This document shows, piece after piece, positions 50,745 through 64,000 of a DNA stretch of 64,000 bases. Under the pieces are notes generated by a model that was not told the DNA's origin, searched no databases, and saw only the letters and a list, made by a program, of their open reading frames with translations. The position numbers were made by a program, and so were the translations under genes. Every line of letters starts with the position of its first letter. Positions within the stretch are counted from its first letter, which is position 1. This DNA comes from the human T2T-CHM13v2.0 reference genome, Homo sapiens. Location: NCBI RefSeq assembly GCF_009914755.1, contig NC_060933.1; one strand, 5' to 3'.

Positions 50745-53143
50745 ATTCGCTTTCTAAAGTTACCTGTTATATATCTCTTTTGGTCCCATCCTCTAAAGCA
50801 GAGGCAACACTGGAACATGGCTAGCCTTTCTTGTAGCCATGGCTGGGCGTGCTAGAGGTTGCAGCATGAGACTTTCTGCTGGGATCCTTGGGCCCATCAC
50901 TGTATAGACATGCTACCACTGGTACTTCCTTTCTCCCTGCGGGCCAGGCACTGCCCTTTTCAGGAAGCTCTCTTAAAATACCCATTGCCCCAGACCTGGA
51001 AGATATAACATTCAGTTCCCACCATCTGATTAAAACAACTTCCTCCCTTACAGAGCATACAACAGAGGGGGCACCCGGGGAGGAGAGCACATACTGTGTT
51101 CCAATTTCACGCTTTTAATTCTCATTTGTTCTCACACCAACAGTGTGAAGTGCGTGGTATAATCTCCATTTCAAAACCAAGGAAGCAGCCTCAGAGTGGT
51201 CGAGTGACACACCTCACGCAGGCTGAGTCCAGAGCTTGTGCTCCTCTTGATTCCTGGTTTGACTCAGTTCCAGGCCTGATCTTGCCTGTCTGGCTCAGGG
51301 TCAAAGACAGAATGGTGGAGTGTAGCCTCCACCTGATATTCAGGCTACTCATTCAGTCCCAAATATGTATTTTCCTAAGTGTTTACTATGTGCCAGTTCC
51401 TGTAACAGGTGTGGGGACACAGCAGTGAGTAATCAATACAGACAAGGTTCTGCCCTTATGGAGCTCACACTCCAGTGGCAGACAAACAGACCATAAATAA
51501 GGAAACGATGAAATAAGATATATACAAGGTGAGTGTGACTTCCCTTCTAACCCCCTCTGCTCTGTCCTCCCCTATTGCGCTCTCAAGACCAGAGACCCAA
51601 CAGCAGTGATCTCAGGGCAGACAGCCCTCCACTCCAGCTCTGAGACCCTTTTCTCAGGACCTCTGTAGGCAGCAGAGAGAGAGGACAGAGGGGTAAGATG
51701 AGGGGTTGAGGGAAGGTTCTTCATGATCCACACTTTGGGCTTAGTATTTCTCAGGAAGAGCTATGGCCCAGAAACAACAGGGGAAACTAGAGTTCGGTCT
51801 GACAGTCCTTGGGGTTAAGTCTCCTGTCTTATGGTCCAGAAACTCCTGTTTCTCCTTAGTTGGCTGGAAACTGCTCCCATCATTCCTTCTGGCCTCTGCT
51901 GAATGCAGGGAATGCAATCCTTCCCTGCTCTTGCAGTTGCTCTGACGTAGAAAGATCCTTCGGGTGCTGGAAGTCTCCATGAAGAGCTTGTGTCCTGTCC
52001 TTTCTTGCAGATTCTATTTCCCCTCTTCTGCTAATACCTCTTACTTTGCTTGAGAATCCTCTCCTTTCTTATTAATTTCAGTCTTGGTGGTTCTATCAGG
52101 GGTGCATTCTGGCCAAGGGGTGGGCCTGTGAATCAATCCTGGGCAATCAGACACCCTCTCCTTAAAAACTGGCCCGTGGAGACTGAGATCACTGACTCTG
52201 ACTCATCCCCACAGCTGGCTCTGACAAGATGGTCCATTTGTTCCTGCTTCCGAGATCCCCAGGGCAGCCTGGATCCCTGCCCTTCTCAAGACTTTAGCTT
52301 TTCCTTCCATCCGGTGGCCTATTCCAGGAATTCCTCTTTTGCTTAAATCAGTTGGAGTTTGTGTCTGTTGCTTGTAATCAAGCCTTTATGGCTGCTGGGC
52401 TGAGTGACACAAGCACTTTAATGGCCTGGAGGGACTTTTAATCAGTGAAGATGCAATCAGACAAGTGTTTTGGAAAGAGCACCCTCGAGAAGGGTGGATG
52501 ACAGGGCAGAGCAGGAAGGACAGGAAGCTGGCAGAACGGAGGAGGCTGCAGCCGTGGTCCAACCAGGAGCTGATGGCAGCTGGGGCTAGGGGAAGGGCTT
52601 TGAGGGTGGAAGGATGGGATGGGTTCCAGAGGTATTCCTCTCTTAAATGCAAGTGCCTAGATTAGGTAGACTTTGCTTAGTATTGACAACTGCACATGAA
52701 AGTTTTGCAAAGGGAAACAGGCTAAATGCACCAAGAAAGCTTCTTCAGAGTGAAGAATCTTAATGCTTGTAATTTAAACATTTGTTCCTGGAGTTTTGAT
52801 TTGGTGGATGTGATGGTTGGTTTTATTTGTCAGTTTGGTTGGGCTATAGCACACAGTTATTTAATCAAACAGTAATCTAGGTGTGGCTGTGAAGGTATTT
52901 TGTAGATGTGATTAACATCTACAATCAGTTGACTTTAAGTGAAAGAGATTACTTAAATAATTTGGGTGAGCTGCACCTGATTAGTTGAAAGGCCTCAAGA
53001 ACAAACACTGCAGTTTCCTGGAAAAGAAGAAACTTTGCCTCAAGACTATAGCCATCGACTCCTGCCTGAGTTTCCAGCCTGCTAGTCTGCCCTATGGATT
53101 TGAAGTTTGCCAACCCCAACAATTGTGTGAATTAATTTCTAAA

Positions 53144-53149
53144 AATAAA
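53144..53149 (+). terminator. Distal polyadenylation signal AATAAA (inside an MLT2 LTR)
   Basis: ctaaaAATAAAgctatatac, about 3.14 kb after the stop. Confidence 0.75.
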
Positions 53150-53157
53150 GCTATATA

Positions 53158-53445
53158 CAGCCATCCTTTGGTATTTGTGGGGGATTTGTTTCAGGATCTC
53201 TACAGATACCAAAATCTGTGGTTCCTCAAGTCCTTTATATGAAGTGGTATAGTATTTGCATATAACCTATGTGCAATCTCCTGTATAACTTCAATCATCT
53301 CTAGATTACTTATAATACCTAATACAGTGTAAATGCTAGTTGTTATACTGTATTTTTTCTTTGTATTATTTTTATTGTATTTGAATATTTTGATCTGCAT
53401 TTGGTTGAATTCACAGATATGGAACCCATGGATATGGAGGATATG
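53158..53445 (+). mobile_element. MER2 (Tigger-family) DNA transposon
   Basis: ta|cagccatcctttggtatttgtgggggatttgtttcaggat...tttgcatataacct...ggttgaattcacagatatggaacccatggatatggagg. Confidence 0.8.
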
Positions 53446-53451
53446 TGCACA

Positions 53452-53537
53452 TATATTCAGGACTGAATATATATATTATACATATATATACACACAGAAC
53501 TGAATATATATATATATATATACACACACACGACTGA

Positions 53538-53570
<33 letters not shown>

Positions 53571-53810
53571 GGACTGAATATATATATATATATACACAGG
53601 ACTGAATATATATATATATATACAAGACTGAATATATATATACATATACAAGACTATATATATATATTCAAGACTGACTATATATATATTCAAGGCTGAC
53701 TATATATATTCAAGACTGACTATATATATATTCAAGACTGACTATATATATATATTCAAGACTGACTCTCTCTCTATATATTCAAGACTGAATATATATA
53801 TATATATATT
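53452..53810. repeat. Minisatellite with CAAGACTGA + (TA)n units
   Basis: About 13 units of (a/g)gactga followed by variable TA runs. Confidence 0.85.
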
Positions 53811-53826
53811 TCTATCTCTCTAATAA

Positions 53827-54065
53827 TACAAGAACAGAAAACCAAATACTGCATGTTCTCACTTATGCGTGGGAGATGAATGATGAGAATACGTGGACAT
53901 ATGGTGGGGAACAACACATGCTGAGGCCTGTCGGAGGGTGGGAGGTGGGCCATCAGGAAGAATAGCTAATGTTAATACCTAGCTGATGGGATGATCTGTG
54001 CAGCAAACTACCATGGCACACGTTTACCTGTGTAACAAACCTGCACATCCTACACGTGTAACCAA
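53827..54065 (+). mobile_element. L1 3' end fragment
   Basis: gaacagaaaaccaaatactgcatgttctcacttat...catggcacacgtttacctgtgtaacaaacctgcacatcc. Confidence 0.85.
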
Positions 54066-54141
54066 TATATGTATATTATTATTCAAGTTCCAATAATCAA
54101 ATAATACACAAACCACTGTATTATTTGATTATTGGAAATCA

Positions 54142-54178
<37 letters not shown>

Positions 54179-54979
54179 TACATATATTCTGTTGGTTCTA
54201 ATTCTCTGGAGAACCCCGACTAATACAATGGGTGATTCATTCAGGACTCTCAATGCAAACAACAGAACATTCTCTAGCCTGTATAAGCAGGAAGGAATTT
54301 ATTATAGGACATTACATAGCTCATGGAGCCACTGGGAGGACCAGGGAATTAGGCTTGGAGGGTTTGCACCTAGGAATGGTGGCCACTGTCCAGTGGAGAT
54401 GCCTCTACTACTGCCATGGACACAGCATCTCAAATGACACCTTTGCTGCCCAAACCCCACTACTGCTGCCTTCCAAAACAGGCTGCTTCTACAGCCACTT
54501 TTGCTGGAAAATGGAATCTGTGTGATACTTGCTTCCTCTCTTTTCTCTACTTAGAATTAAAATTATCTTTATTTTGTGTCGGATTGGTGGAGCCCAGCTC
54601 ATGTGTCTGTACTGCAGCTACAAGAAAGAATGGAAAGTGAGTTTTCTGGTTTGTGCCTTGAAAAGGAGGAACCCATGATAAGGAAAATTCCTCATACATA
54701 GGGAAGGTGTTCAAAGGGGCTGGGAAACGTGGAAAGTCTGCTTCAGTGAATCTGAATTTTCTTAGTTCTGTTCTGCCTCTGTGGGCCCTATCCCTAGAAT
54801 GTTACAAAGACCATCACAATGGCCTTACTGTTGACCTGGTAGCAGCTCGATATAGTTGCAAGCAAAGAGCTTAAGAAGTGAAGTTATGTAATTATAGAAC
54901 AACAGAGAAACAAAGACTGTTGGGTACACACAGTCCACTCTTTTAGTAATTTTTGAGTTAAAAAAAGTGTCAGAAACGC

Positions 54980-57900
54980 AGGAGGCAGAGCAAGAAGGCA
55001 GAATAGAAGCTTCTACCAATTGTCTTCCCCACAGGAACACCAAATTTAACAACTGTCTACACAAAAAATGCACCTTCATTAGAACCAAAATTCAAGTGAA
55101 TGATTGTAGTACCTGGTTTTAACTTTATATTACTGAAAGAGGCACTGAGGAGGGTAGGAAGGATGGTCTTGAATTGCCAGAGCCATCCCTCCCCGATCCC
55201 TGGCAGCAGCCACATGGCACAGAGAATCTGTGTAGGGAGAGTGTAGTGGTTGTAGGACTTTGTGTTAGAACTCAGTGTTGCCTTGTTACACTGGAAAGCA
55301 ACACCAGGCAGAACTCAGCTAATACCCATGAGGGAGAATTTAGATCAGCCCTAGCCAGAGGGGAAGCATCCATCCCAGTTGCTGAATGGGCTAAAGGGCT
55401 CTGGGGTTCTAAATAAACTTGAAAGGCAGTATAGGCCACAAGGATTACAACTCCTAGGAAAGTCTGATCTGCGCTTGGAGCCAGTGGACTTGAGGGGCAT
55501 GTGACCTGCTGCGATAGCCAAGGGAGTGCTTGTGCCACCCCTCTCCCAACCCTAGGCAGTGCAACTCACAGCTCTCAAAGAGACTCCTTCCTTCAGCTTG
55601 AGGAGAGAAGAGTAAAGAGGACTTGTCTTGCCACTTGGATACCAGCTCAGCCACAGTAGTTTAGGGCACCGGGCAGAGTCCTGAGGCACCCATTCCAGGA
55701 CCTAACTTCCAGATGACATTTCTAGACATATCCTGGGCTTATATGGGCCATATAAGGCAGAAGGGAACCTGTTGCCTTGAATGAAAGGATCTAGTCCTGA
55801 TAGTATTCACCACCTGCTGACTAAAGTGCCCTTGGGCCCTGAATAATCAGCAGCAGTAGCCAGGTAGTACACACTATGGCCCTTGAGTGAGATTCTGAGA
55901 TGTGCTGACTTCAGGTGTGACCCAGCACATTCCCAGCTGTGGTGGCTATGGGGAGAGACTCCTTCTACTTGAGAAAAGCAGGGGGAAAAGTAAAGGGGAT
56001 TTCATCTTGCAGCTTAGGTACTAGCTCGGCCACAGTGGGGCAGAGCACCAAGTGGGCTCTCAGTATCCCTGATTCCAGGCCTTGGCTCTCGCACAGCATT
56101 TCTGGACCTGACCTGGGCCAGAGGGGAGACCACTGCCCTGATACGTGAGTCCTAGGTCTGGCAGCATTCACCACAAGCTTCCTGAAGAGCTCTTGGCCTT
56201 GTGTGAACATTGGTGGTAGCCAGGCAGTACTCCCCATGGGCCTGTGGTGGTGCTGGCCATGGGGAGAGACTCCTCTGCCTGTGGGAAGGGGAGGGATGAG
56301 TGGGAAAGACTTGACTTGTAGCTTTGTCTGCAGCTCAGCTGCAGTAGAATAGAACACAAGGCAGATTCTTAAGATTTTCAACTCCAGGCTCTGGTCCCCA
56401 AACAGCATCTACGGACCTGCTTGGGGGAACTCGCTGCCCTGAAGGGAAGGACACAAGCTTGGCTGACTTACTGCCTGCTAACTGCAAAGCCCTAAAGCCT
56501 TGAGTAAACAAAGGTGGTGGTAGCCAGGTAGTGGTTATAATGGGCCTTGGGTAAGAAACAGTGCTGTGCTGGCTTCAGGTCTGACCTAGTGCAGTCCCAG
56601 TGGTGGTGGCCACAGGGGTGCTTGTGCCACCCCTCCCCCAGTTGTAGGCAGCTCAGCACAGAGACAGAGAGACTGTCTGTTTGGGAGAAAGTAAGGGAAG
56701 AGAACAAGAATATCTGCCTGGTAATCCAGACAATTCTTCCAGATCTTATCCAAGACCATCAAGTGGTACCTCTACAAGTCTGCAAGAGCCACAGCATTAC
56801 TGGGCTTGGGGTGCCTCCTAATGCTGATATGACTATGGTGACCAAAAACTTAGATGACAACACCCAAGTCCCTTCGAATACCTGGAAAGCCTTCCCAAGA
56901 AGGCTTTCCCAAGAAGCCCAGACTGCAAAGACTACCACAAATATCTAACTTTTCAATGTCCAGACACCAGTGAACATCCACAAGCATCAATACCACTCAA
57001 GAAAACATGACCTTACTAAACAAACTAAATAAGTCATCAGGGATTTATCCTAGAGAGATAGAAATATGTGATCTTTCTCTATCTCTCAGAGAGAGGTCAT
57101 ATATCTACACCTCTAGGCTTTTCAGACAGAGAATTTGAAATAGCTATTTTGAGGAAACTCAGTGAAATACAAGATAATACAGAGAAGGAATTCAGAATCC
57201 TATCAGATCAATTTAACCAAGATATTGAAATAATTAAAAAGAATCAAGCCGAAATTCTGAAGCTGAAAAATGCAACTGACTACTAAAGAATGCATCAGAG
57301 TCTCTTAATAGCAGAATTGATCAAAGAGAAGAAAGAATTAGTAACATTTCTATGTGAAAACAGTGAAAATTCTGAAAATAGTAATCCCATTTACGATAGC
57401 TACAAATAAAATTAAGTACCTGGAAATTAATCAAAGAAGTGAAAGATCTTGACAATGGAAAATAAAACACTATGAAAGAAATTGGAGAGGACACACGAAA
57501 AACAGAAAAATATTCCATATTCATAGATTGGAAGAATCAACATTGTTAAAATGTCCATACAACCCAAAGCAGTCTATAGATTCAATACAATCCTTATCAA
57601 AATACCAATGACATTCTCCATATAAACAGAAAAAACAATCCTAGAATTTATAGAGAACCACGAAAGACCCAGAATAGCCAAAGCTATCCTAAGCAAAAAG
57701 AACAAAACTGGAGGAATCGCATTACCTGACTTAAAATTATACTACAGAGATATAGTAACCAAAATAGCATTATACTGGCATAAAAACAGACACATAGACT
57801 AATGAAACAGACTACTGAACCCAGAAATAGATCTATACACCTACAGGAACTCATTTTTGATAAAGTTGTTAAGAACATACATTGGGAAAAGGATAGTTAA

Positions 57901-58320
57901 TCTTCAATAAATGATGCTGGGAAAACTGAATATCCATATGCAGAAGAATGAAACTAGACTCCTATCTCTTGCCATATACAAAAATAAAATCAAATTTTGA
58001 ATTAAAAGCTTAAATCTAAGACCTCAAACTACAAAACCACTATGCAAAAACTCTGTGGAAACTCTCTAGGACATTGAAGTGGGCAAAGATTTCTTGAGTA
58101 ATACCTCACAAGCACAGGCAACCAAAGCAAAAATGGATAAATGGGATCACATCAAGTTAAAAAGCTTCTGCACAGCAAAGGAAACAATCAACAAAGTGAA
58201 GAGACACCTCATTTGCCCTGACATGATTATTATGCATTGCATGCCTGTATCAAAACATCTCATGTAACCCATAAATATACACACCTGCTATGTATCCACA
58301 CACAAAATATGTCTCACACA
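54980..58320 (+). mobile_element. Old L1 (L1MA/L1PB-type): 5'UTR, part of ORF1, part of ORF2 and 3' end, with two internal deletions
   Basis: 5' ggaggcagagcaagaaggcagaatagaagc; ORF1-like DREFEIAILRKLSEIQDNTEKEFRILS; ORF2-like [41 protein letters not shown]; candidate TSD at 54962-54979 / 58321-58338. Confidence 0.85.
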
Positions 58321-59136
58321 AAAATATGTTAGACACGCCTACAACCCACTTTTCAACTTTATCATGCTTTTCCTATAAAAATGGACTCTAAATTAAAACA
58401 GCTATGTGTGAATGACAGAAAGAAATACTAAAACTTAAAAGATACTTTTATTGAGTACTATTAAGAGAATCACAGTGAAGCACTTTCTTCACTATCTTAT
58501 CTGTTATTCGTGTTTCATTCAAAGTTGGTTTCCCTCCACACTTGGTCAAAATACGTCTTTTGCTTTCAATCTTTATCCTTTAGTCAAAAGGGATTTTGAG
58601 CCATTTGTACAATTGCAGCTTGGGTTTCAGAACGATGTGGCAGTACACCCTTGCAGGTTTCTGTGGCAGGTCGGTCTCCCTCCTGCCTTCAACTGGAGTA
58701 TAACATACAGCAAAGAGCATTAATCTTAAGTGCATAATTCGACATATTTTTACACATGTATAAACCGCCATAGAAATCAAGATATAGAACATTCCCAGCA
58801 CTCTAGAAGGCTCTTTTGTGCTCCTTCCCAGTCAAAAACCACTGAAAGGTAACCACTATTTTCACTTTTATCACTTTTGATTAATTTTGTCTACTCACGA
58901 ACTTCATTTGAATAGCGTCATAAAGTATGTACTTTTTTGTGTGTTTGGCTTCTTTTGCTCAACATAACGTTTGTTGACATCCATGTTGCTGTGTATATCA
59001 GCAGTTTGATCTTTTTATTGCTGTGTAATTAACGTATATCACAGTTGATTTATCTAGTCTTCTGTTGATGGACATTTGGGTTGTTTCCATTTTTTTTACT
59101 ATTATGAATAAAACTACCCTCTATGGTAGATTTTAA

Positions 59137-59436
<300 letters not shown>

Positions 59437-62109
59437 ATTTTAACTCTTATAATGAGGGCTGTAATTAAAACATCATCTTTACATACACTTATTATGGGAA
59501 ATGGTTCCAGTTCTCTATTCAAAATTCCCCTTTGTGTCTTCTCTTGCTTCATGGACTGATGGAAAGAGAAAGTGGATTCACGAGGGTACACGTACCATTA
59601 GAGAAGGAGAAAGGGAGCATATATTTATCAGACATCTACTCTGGGGCATGTATTTTACCTGCCTATTGTATTAACTCCTCCTAACAATTTTGTAGGTAGG
59701 TTTTCCTGTTTCACAAAGGATGAAATTGAGACACAGAAAAATTAGGTGACCTGTCTGGAGTCATACAGCTACAAAGTGGTAGGAGGTCACATGAAATTCC
59801 AAAGCGTGGCCTTTTCCCACCATGTGCCCTGTCCAAATCATCTAGAACCAGAATCACAGTAGGGATGGGGGAGTGGAGGGTGGTAGGCATTGGTGATATT
59901 GATGCACTTCCAGATGATTCTATCCATAAGCCTCAGAGGGAGCCCTCTGCACTGTATCATGCTGCCTTTGGTCATTCTTTTCCTCTTTAGATGAGTGACG
60001 TTTTCTTTCCTCTCCCCATGACTCACTTTTTCCACGCTTGCTGTCTCCTTTCTAATCTATGACTCACACTCTGCATCCTCAGTGACGTTCACTGCATATA
60101 ACTGGTTATCTGAAATCTCAAAGCAGTGCCATCTCTCTCCCTGCCTGCTGCCCACTTGCCCTTACCCCTTCCCTCACCAAGTGAGCCACACTCAGTGAGG
60201 CCCCAACCCAAGCTCTGCCTCCTTCACCAGGCTGATGCTCAAGGATCTGCTCTTGTCTTGATTCTCAGTTCCTGCCCTTATGGGAGGGATTCAGGCCAGA
60301 TCCTAATTTCCTCCTCCTCCACACTCACCCTATGGGGTAGAAAAGACGGTCTACCAGTTATTTTTCTTTCATTGTGGTAAAATACATGTAATGTAAAGTT
60401 GATCATTTTAAACACCTTACAGCGTGCAATTGAATGGCATTTAGTATATTCACAATGTGGCGCAACCATCACCAATACCTAGTTCTAGAACATTTTCATC
60501 ATTCCAAAGGAAACCCCATAACCATTTTCAGCAGTCACTCTCCATCTCCAGCCCCTGGCAACCATTAACTTTCTTTCTGTCTGACAGTGTTAACAGCATT
60601 CACTACATGCCAGGCATTGTGCTAATATCATGATATGCATACCTTATTAATTCTCATGCCAGCAGCTCTGTGAAACTGGGGTTCTTCCTTCCATTTCACA
60701 GATGAGATAATTGAGGCTCAGAGAGAAAAGATTTATGTGAGGTCACAAAGCCCGTAAGTGGTAGAACCTGGACAAAACCACCCCCCACTCCAGCCCAGCG
60801 CTGTTTCCAACCACTGCTAAATGATGACCAAAACATGAATGATGCAGGTCTGGGTAACTCCTAAGCACATATATTTTCCATTCCAAAAGAATATTCTTTC
60901 CACTCCATCCTGAAGGTCAGTGGTAACAAAAAACAAACAAAAAAACGCAGTGAGCACACATTCAAATGACTTACGTTCCAGGAATTTTCTGGGATCTGTG
61001 ACCCCAGAAACTATTAGTTGACATCTTGGGATGGCACACAGGGCAAGCAGAGTAAGAAATAAAGTGACTCCAAATGTGTCACAGGCTGAGGGGGTCTCAC
61101 GAAAGGAAAGGTTCTAACTGGTACCAGATGGCTGTTTCTCCTGCCTTGTTGTCTAAGATTCTTTCTTCAAGAGTTTGGGCTTTTGGTTGCTAGGACCATG
61201 TAGGCTGACTTCCCTTATGGTTCCAGAAACGAAGGAAGCAATTGCAACCTCTGTCCACAAAAAAAGGAGGAGCTTATTAGACTTAACAGAAAAGCTACCA
61301 TATGACATGCAAGCAAGGCCACGTTTTCCTGATCTTCATGCAATTAAGACAAATCTGTGTTGGATGCCTCGTCCTACCTCACACCAAACATGTTAAAATG
61401 TGGCCATATGGCACATTTAGTATAATTTACATATATATGTTGAGGTAGGTTTTAGTTGACTAACATAATACATTTTGTAGACATTTAATTAAACATTTAT
61501 AACTTTCATTTTGTAAGTTTTTGGGACAGTACAATTATTTCTTCCAAGTCTCAAATAATTCCATAAACCTTTGAAAAGGTCAGTGACCACCAAGCATTGT
61601 GCATTGTGTGGGTTTCTTAAACAACCTTGCTTTGTGAGCCTCTCTGCATGATCACTGTTGTTGAGTAGCTGGTCATTCTGGTCATTGGTCTGAATCTGAT
61701 TGCCTTTATCACTCAGCCAGACAAGAGCTCAGAGGTGGAGTCTCTGCTGATTTGGAAAAATATGGAACATAAGTTCCCCAACAAAGTGTTCCAGTAGATT
61801 ATTTTTACTTATCGTGCTTCACAAATATAGCTGAACTTGTAGCTGCCATTCAAAATGGCAGCTGGTCTGGACACTAATTGTTAGCAGTTTAGGGAGGACG
61901 CAGGGAATCTCACCATTGATGGACTTTGAGCAGTGTAAAAATTGGTAAAGCACAGGGGTACCTGTGGGCATAACCTTGCTAGTAGAAGAGTAGTGACAGA
62001 AAAATCATCAAAGGCTTAATAGTGAGGTGGCTTAAAAATAAATTTACAATGCAAATTGAGACATACTTTGCTTACATTAAAATGCACACATCTCAAGTTT
62101 ACAGCTTGA

Positions 62110-62690
<581 letters not shown>

Positions 62691-62691
62691 C

Positions 62692-64000
62692 TGTGTCCGG
62701 AATTGGTGGGTTCTTGGTCTCACTGACTTCAAGAATGAAGCCGTGGACCCTCAAGGTGAGTGTTACAGTTCTTAAAGGCAGCATGTCCAGAGTTTGTTCC
62801 TTCTGATGTTCGAATGTGTTCAGAGTTTGTTCCTTCTGGTGGGTTCGTGGTCTCACTGGCTCAGGAGTGAAGCTGTGGACCTTCGCGGTGAGGGTTACAG
62901 CTCTTAAGGCGGTGCATCTGGAGTTGTTAGTTCCTCCCGGTGGGTTCGTGGTCTCGCTGGCTTCAGGAGTGAAGCTGTAGATCTTCAAGGTGAGTGTTAC
63001 AGCTCATAAAGGCAATGTGGACCCAAACAGTGAGCAGCAGCAAGATCTACTGCAAAGAGCAAAACAACAAAGCACCCACGGGTTGGAACAAGACCTTAGC
63101 AGGTTGCCACCGGGGTGCAGGCGGCCTGCTTTTAGTCTCTTATCTGGCCCCACCCACATCCTCCTGATTGGTCCATTTTACAGAGCTGATTGGTCTGTTT
63201 TACAGAGCACTGATTGGTCCGTTTTGACAGGGTGCTGATTGGTGCGTTTACAATCCCTGAGCTGGACACAAGGGTTCTCCAAGTCCCCACCAGAGTAGCC
63301 AGATACTGAGTGTCTATTGGTGCATTCACAAACCCTGAGCTAGACACAGGGTGCTGATTGGTGTGTTTACAAACCTTGAGCTAGATACAGAGTGCCCATT
63401 AGTGTATTTATAATCCCTTAGCTAGACATAGAGGTTCTCCAACTCCCCACCAGAGTAGCTAGATACGAGTGTCGATTGGTGCATTCACAAACCCTGAGCT
63501 AGACACAGGGTACTGATTGGTGTATTTACAATCCCTTAGCTAGACATAAAGGTTCTCCAAGTCCCCACGAGACGCAGGAGCCCAGCTGGCTTCATCCAGT
63601 GGATCCCGCAGCGGGGCCGCAGGTGGAGCTGCCTGCCAGTCCCGCGCCGTGCGCCTGCACTCCTCAGCCCTTGGGTGGTCGATGGGACTGGGCGCCGTAG
63701 AGCAGGGGGTGGCGCTCGACGGGGAGGCTGGGGCGGCGCAGGAGCCCACGGCGCGGGGCGGCTCAGGCATGGCGGGCTGCAGGGCCCGAACCCTGCCCCG
63801 GGGGGAGGCAGCTAAGGCCCGGCGAGAAGTCGAGCACAGCAGCTGCTAGACCAGGTGCTAAGCCCCTCACTGCCGGGGGGCCAGTGGAGCCGGCTGGCCG
63901 CTCCGAGTGTGGGGCCCGCCGAGCGCCCGCCCACCCGGAACTGGCGCCTGCTCGCAAGCACCGTGCGCAGCCCCGGTTCCCGCCTGCGCCTCTCCCTCCA
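62692..64000 (-). mobile_element. LTR12 (ERV9) LTR, running off the window end
   Basis: tgtgtccggaattggtgggttcttggtctcactgacttcaagaatgaagccg; tandem units with gtgctgattggtg (CCAAT boxes); CpG-rich U3 part. Confidence 0.92.

Larger units (their letters stand above)
50005..53165 (+). other. PTGS1: PTGS1 3'UTR (short form to about 50760, long form to about 53165)
   Basis: Follows the stop codon; AATAAA at 50739 and 53144 give mRNAs of about 2.7 and 5.1 kb, matching the known short and long COX-1 transcripts. Cleavage positions are approximate. Confidence 0.8.
52809..54227 (+). mobile_element. MLT2 (ERVL) solo LTR, split by nested MER2, a minisatellite and an L1 fragment
   Basis: 5' tgtgatggttggttttatttgtcag...gtgaaggtattttgtagatgtgattaacat; 3' tattctgttggttctaattctctggagaaccccgactaataca. 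Confidence 0.8.

Noticed and set aside
53452-53810. CRISPR-like repeat-spacer appearance
   Set aside because: The spacers are simple TA runs, there are no cas genes, and the context is human; it is a minisatellite.

Overview
Human (primate) genomic DNA containing the complete prostaglandin-endoperoxide synthase 1 gene (PTGS1/COX-1) on the + strand. Eleven coding exons (ATG 28554, stop ending 50004) with GT-AG introns splice to 1800 nt = 599 aa plus stop, with all key catalytic residues intact. Around the gene are a TATA-less GC-box promoter, proximal (50739) and distal (53144) AATAAA signals, an orphan CpG island about 24 kb upstream, a strong CTCF-like motif, and many Alu, L1, MIR, MaLR/ERVL/ERV9 LTR and DNA-transposon remnants. 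No other protein-coding gene is supportable; most ORF-track entries are repeat or GC artefacts. I found no wholly new multi-gene system. The most interesting signals are: an LTR-donated distal poly(A) signal; a MIR-derived alternative start exon; a young 84-bp templated insertion with fold-back carrying a GATA motif; long near-perfect hairpins at 14985 and 54088; a hidden ~29-nt degenerate repeat in the 3'UTR; and an AP-1/NF-E2 cluster in intron 8. Repeat subfamily calls and comparisons with reference alleles are from recalled consensus sequences, not from searches.
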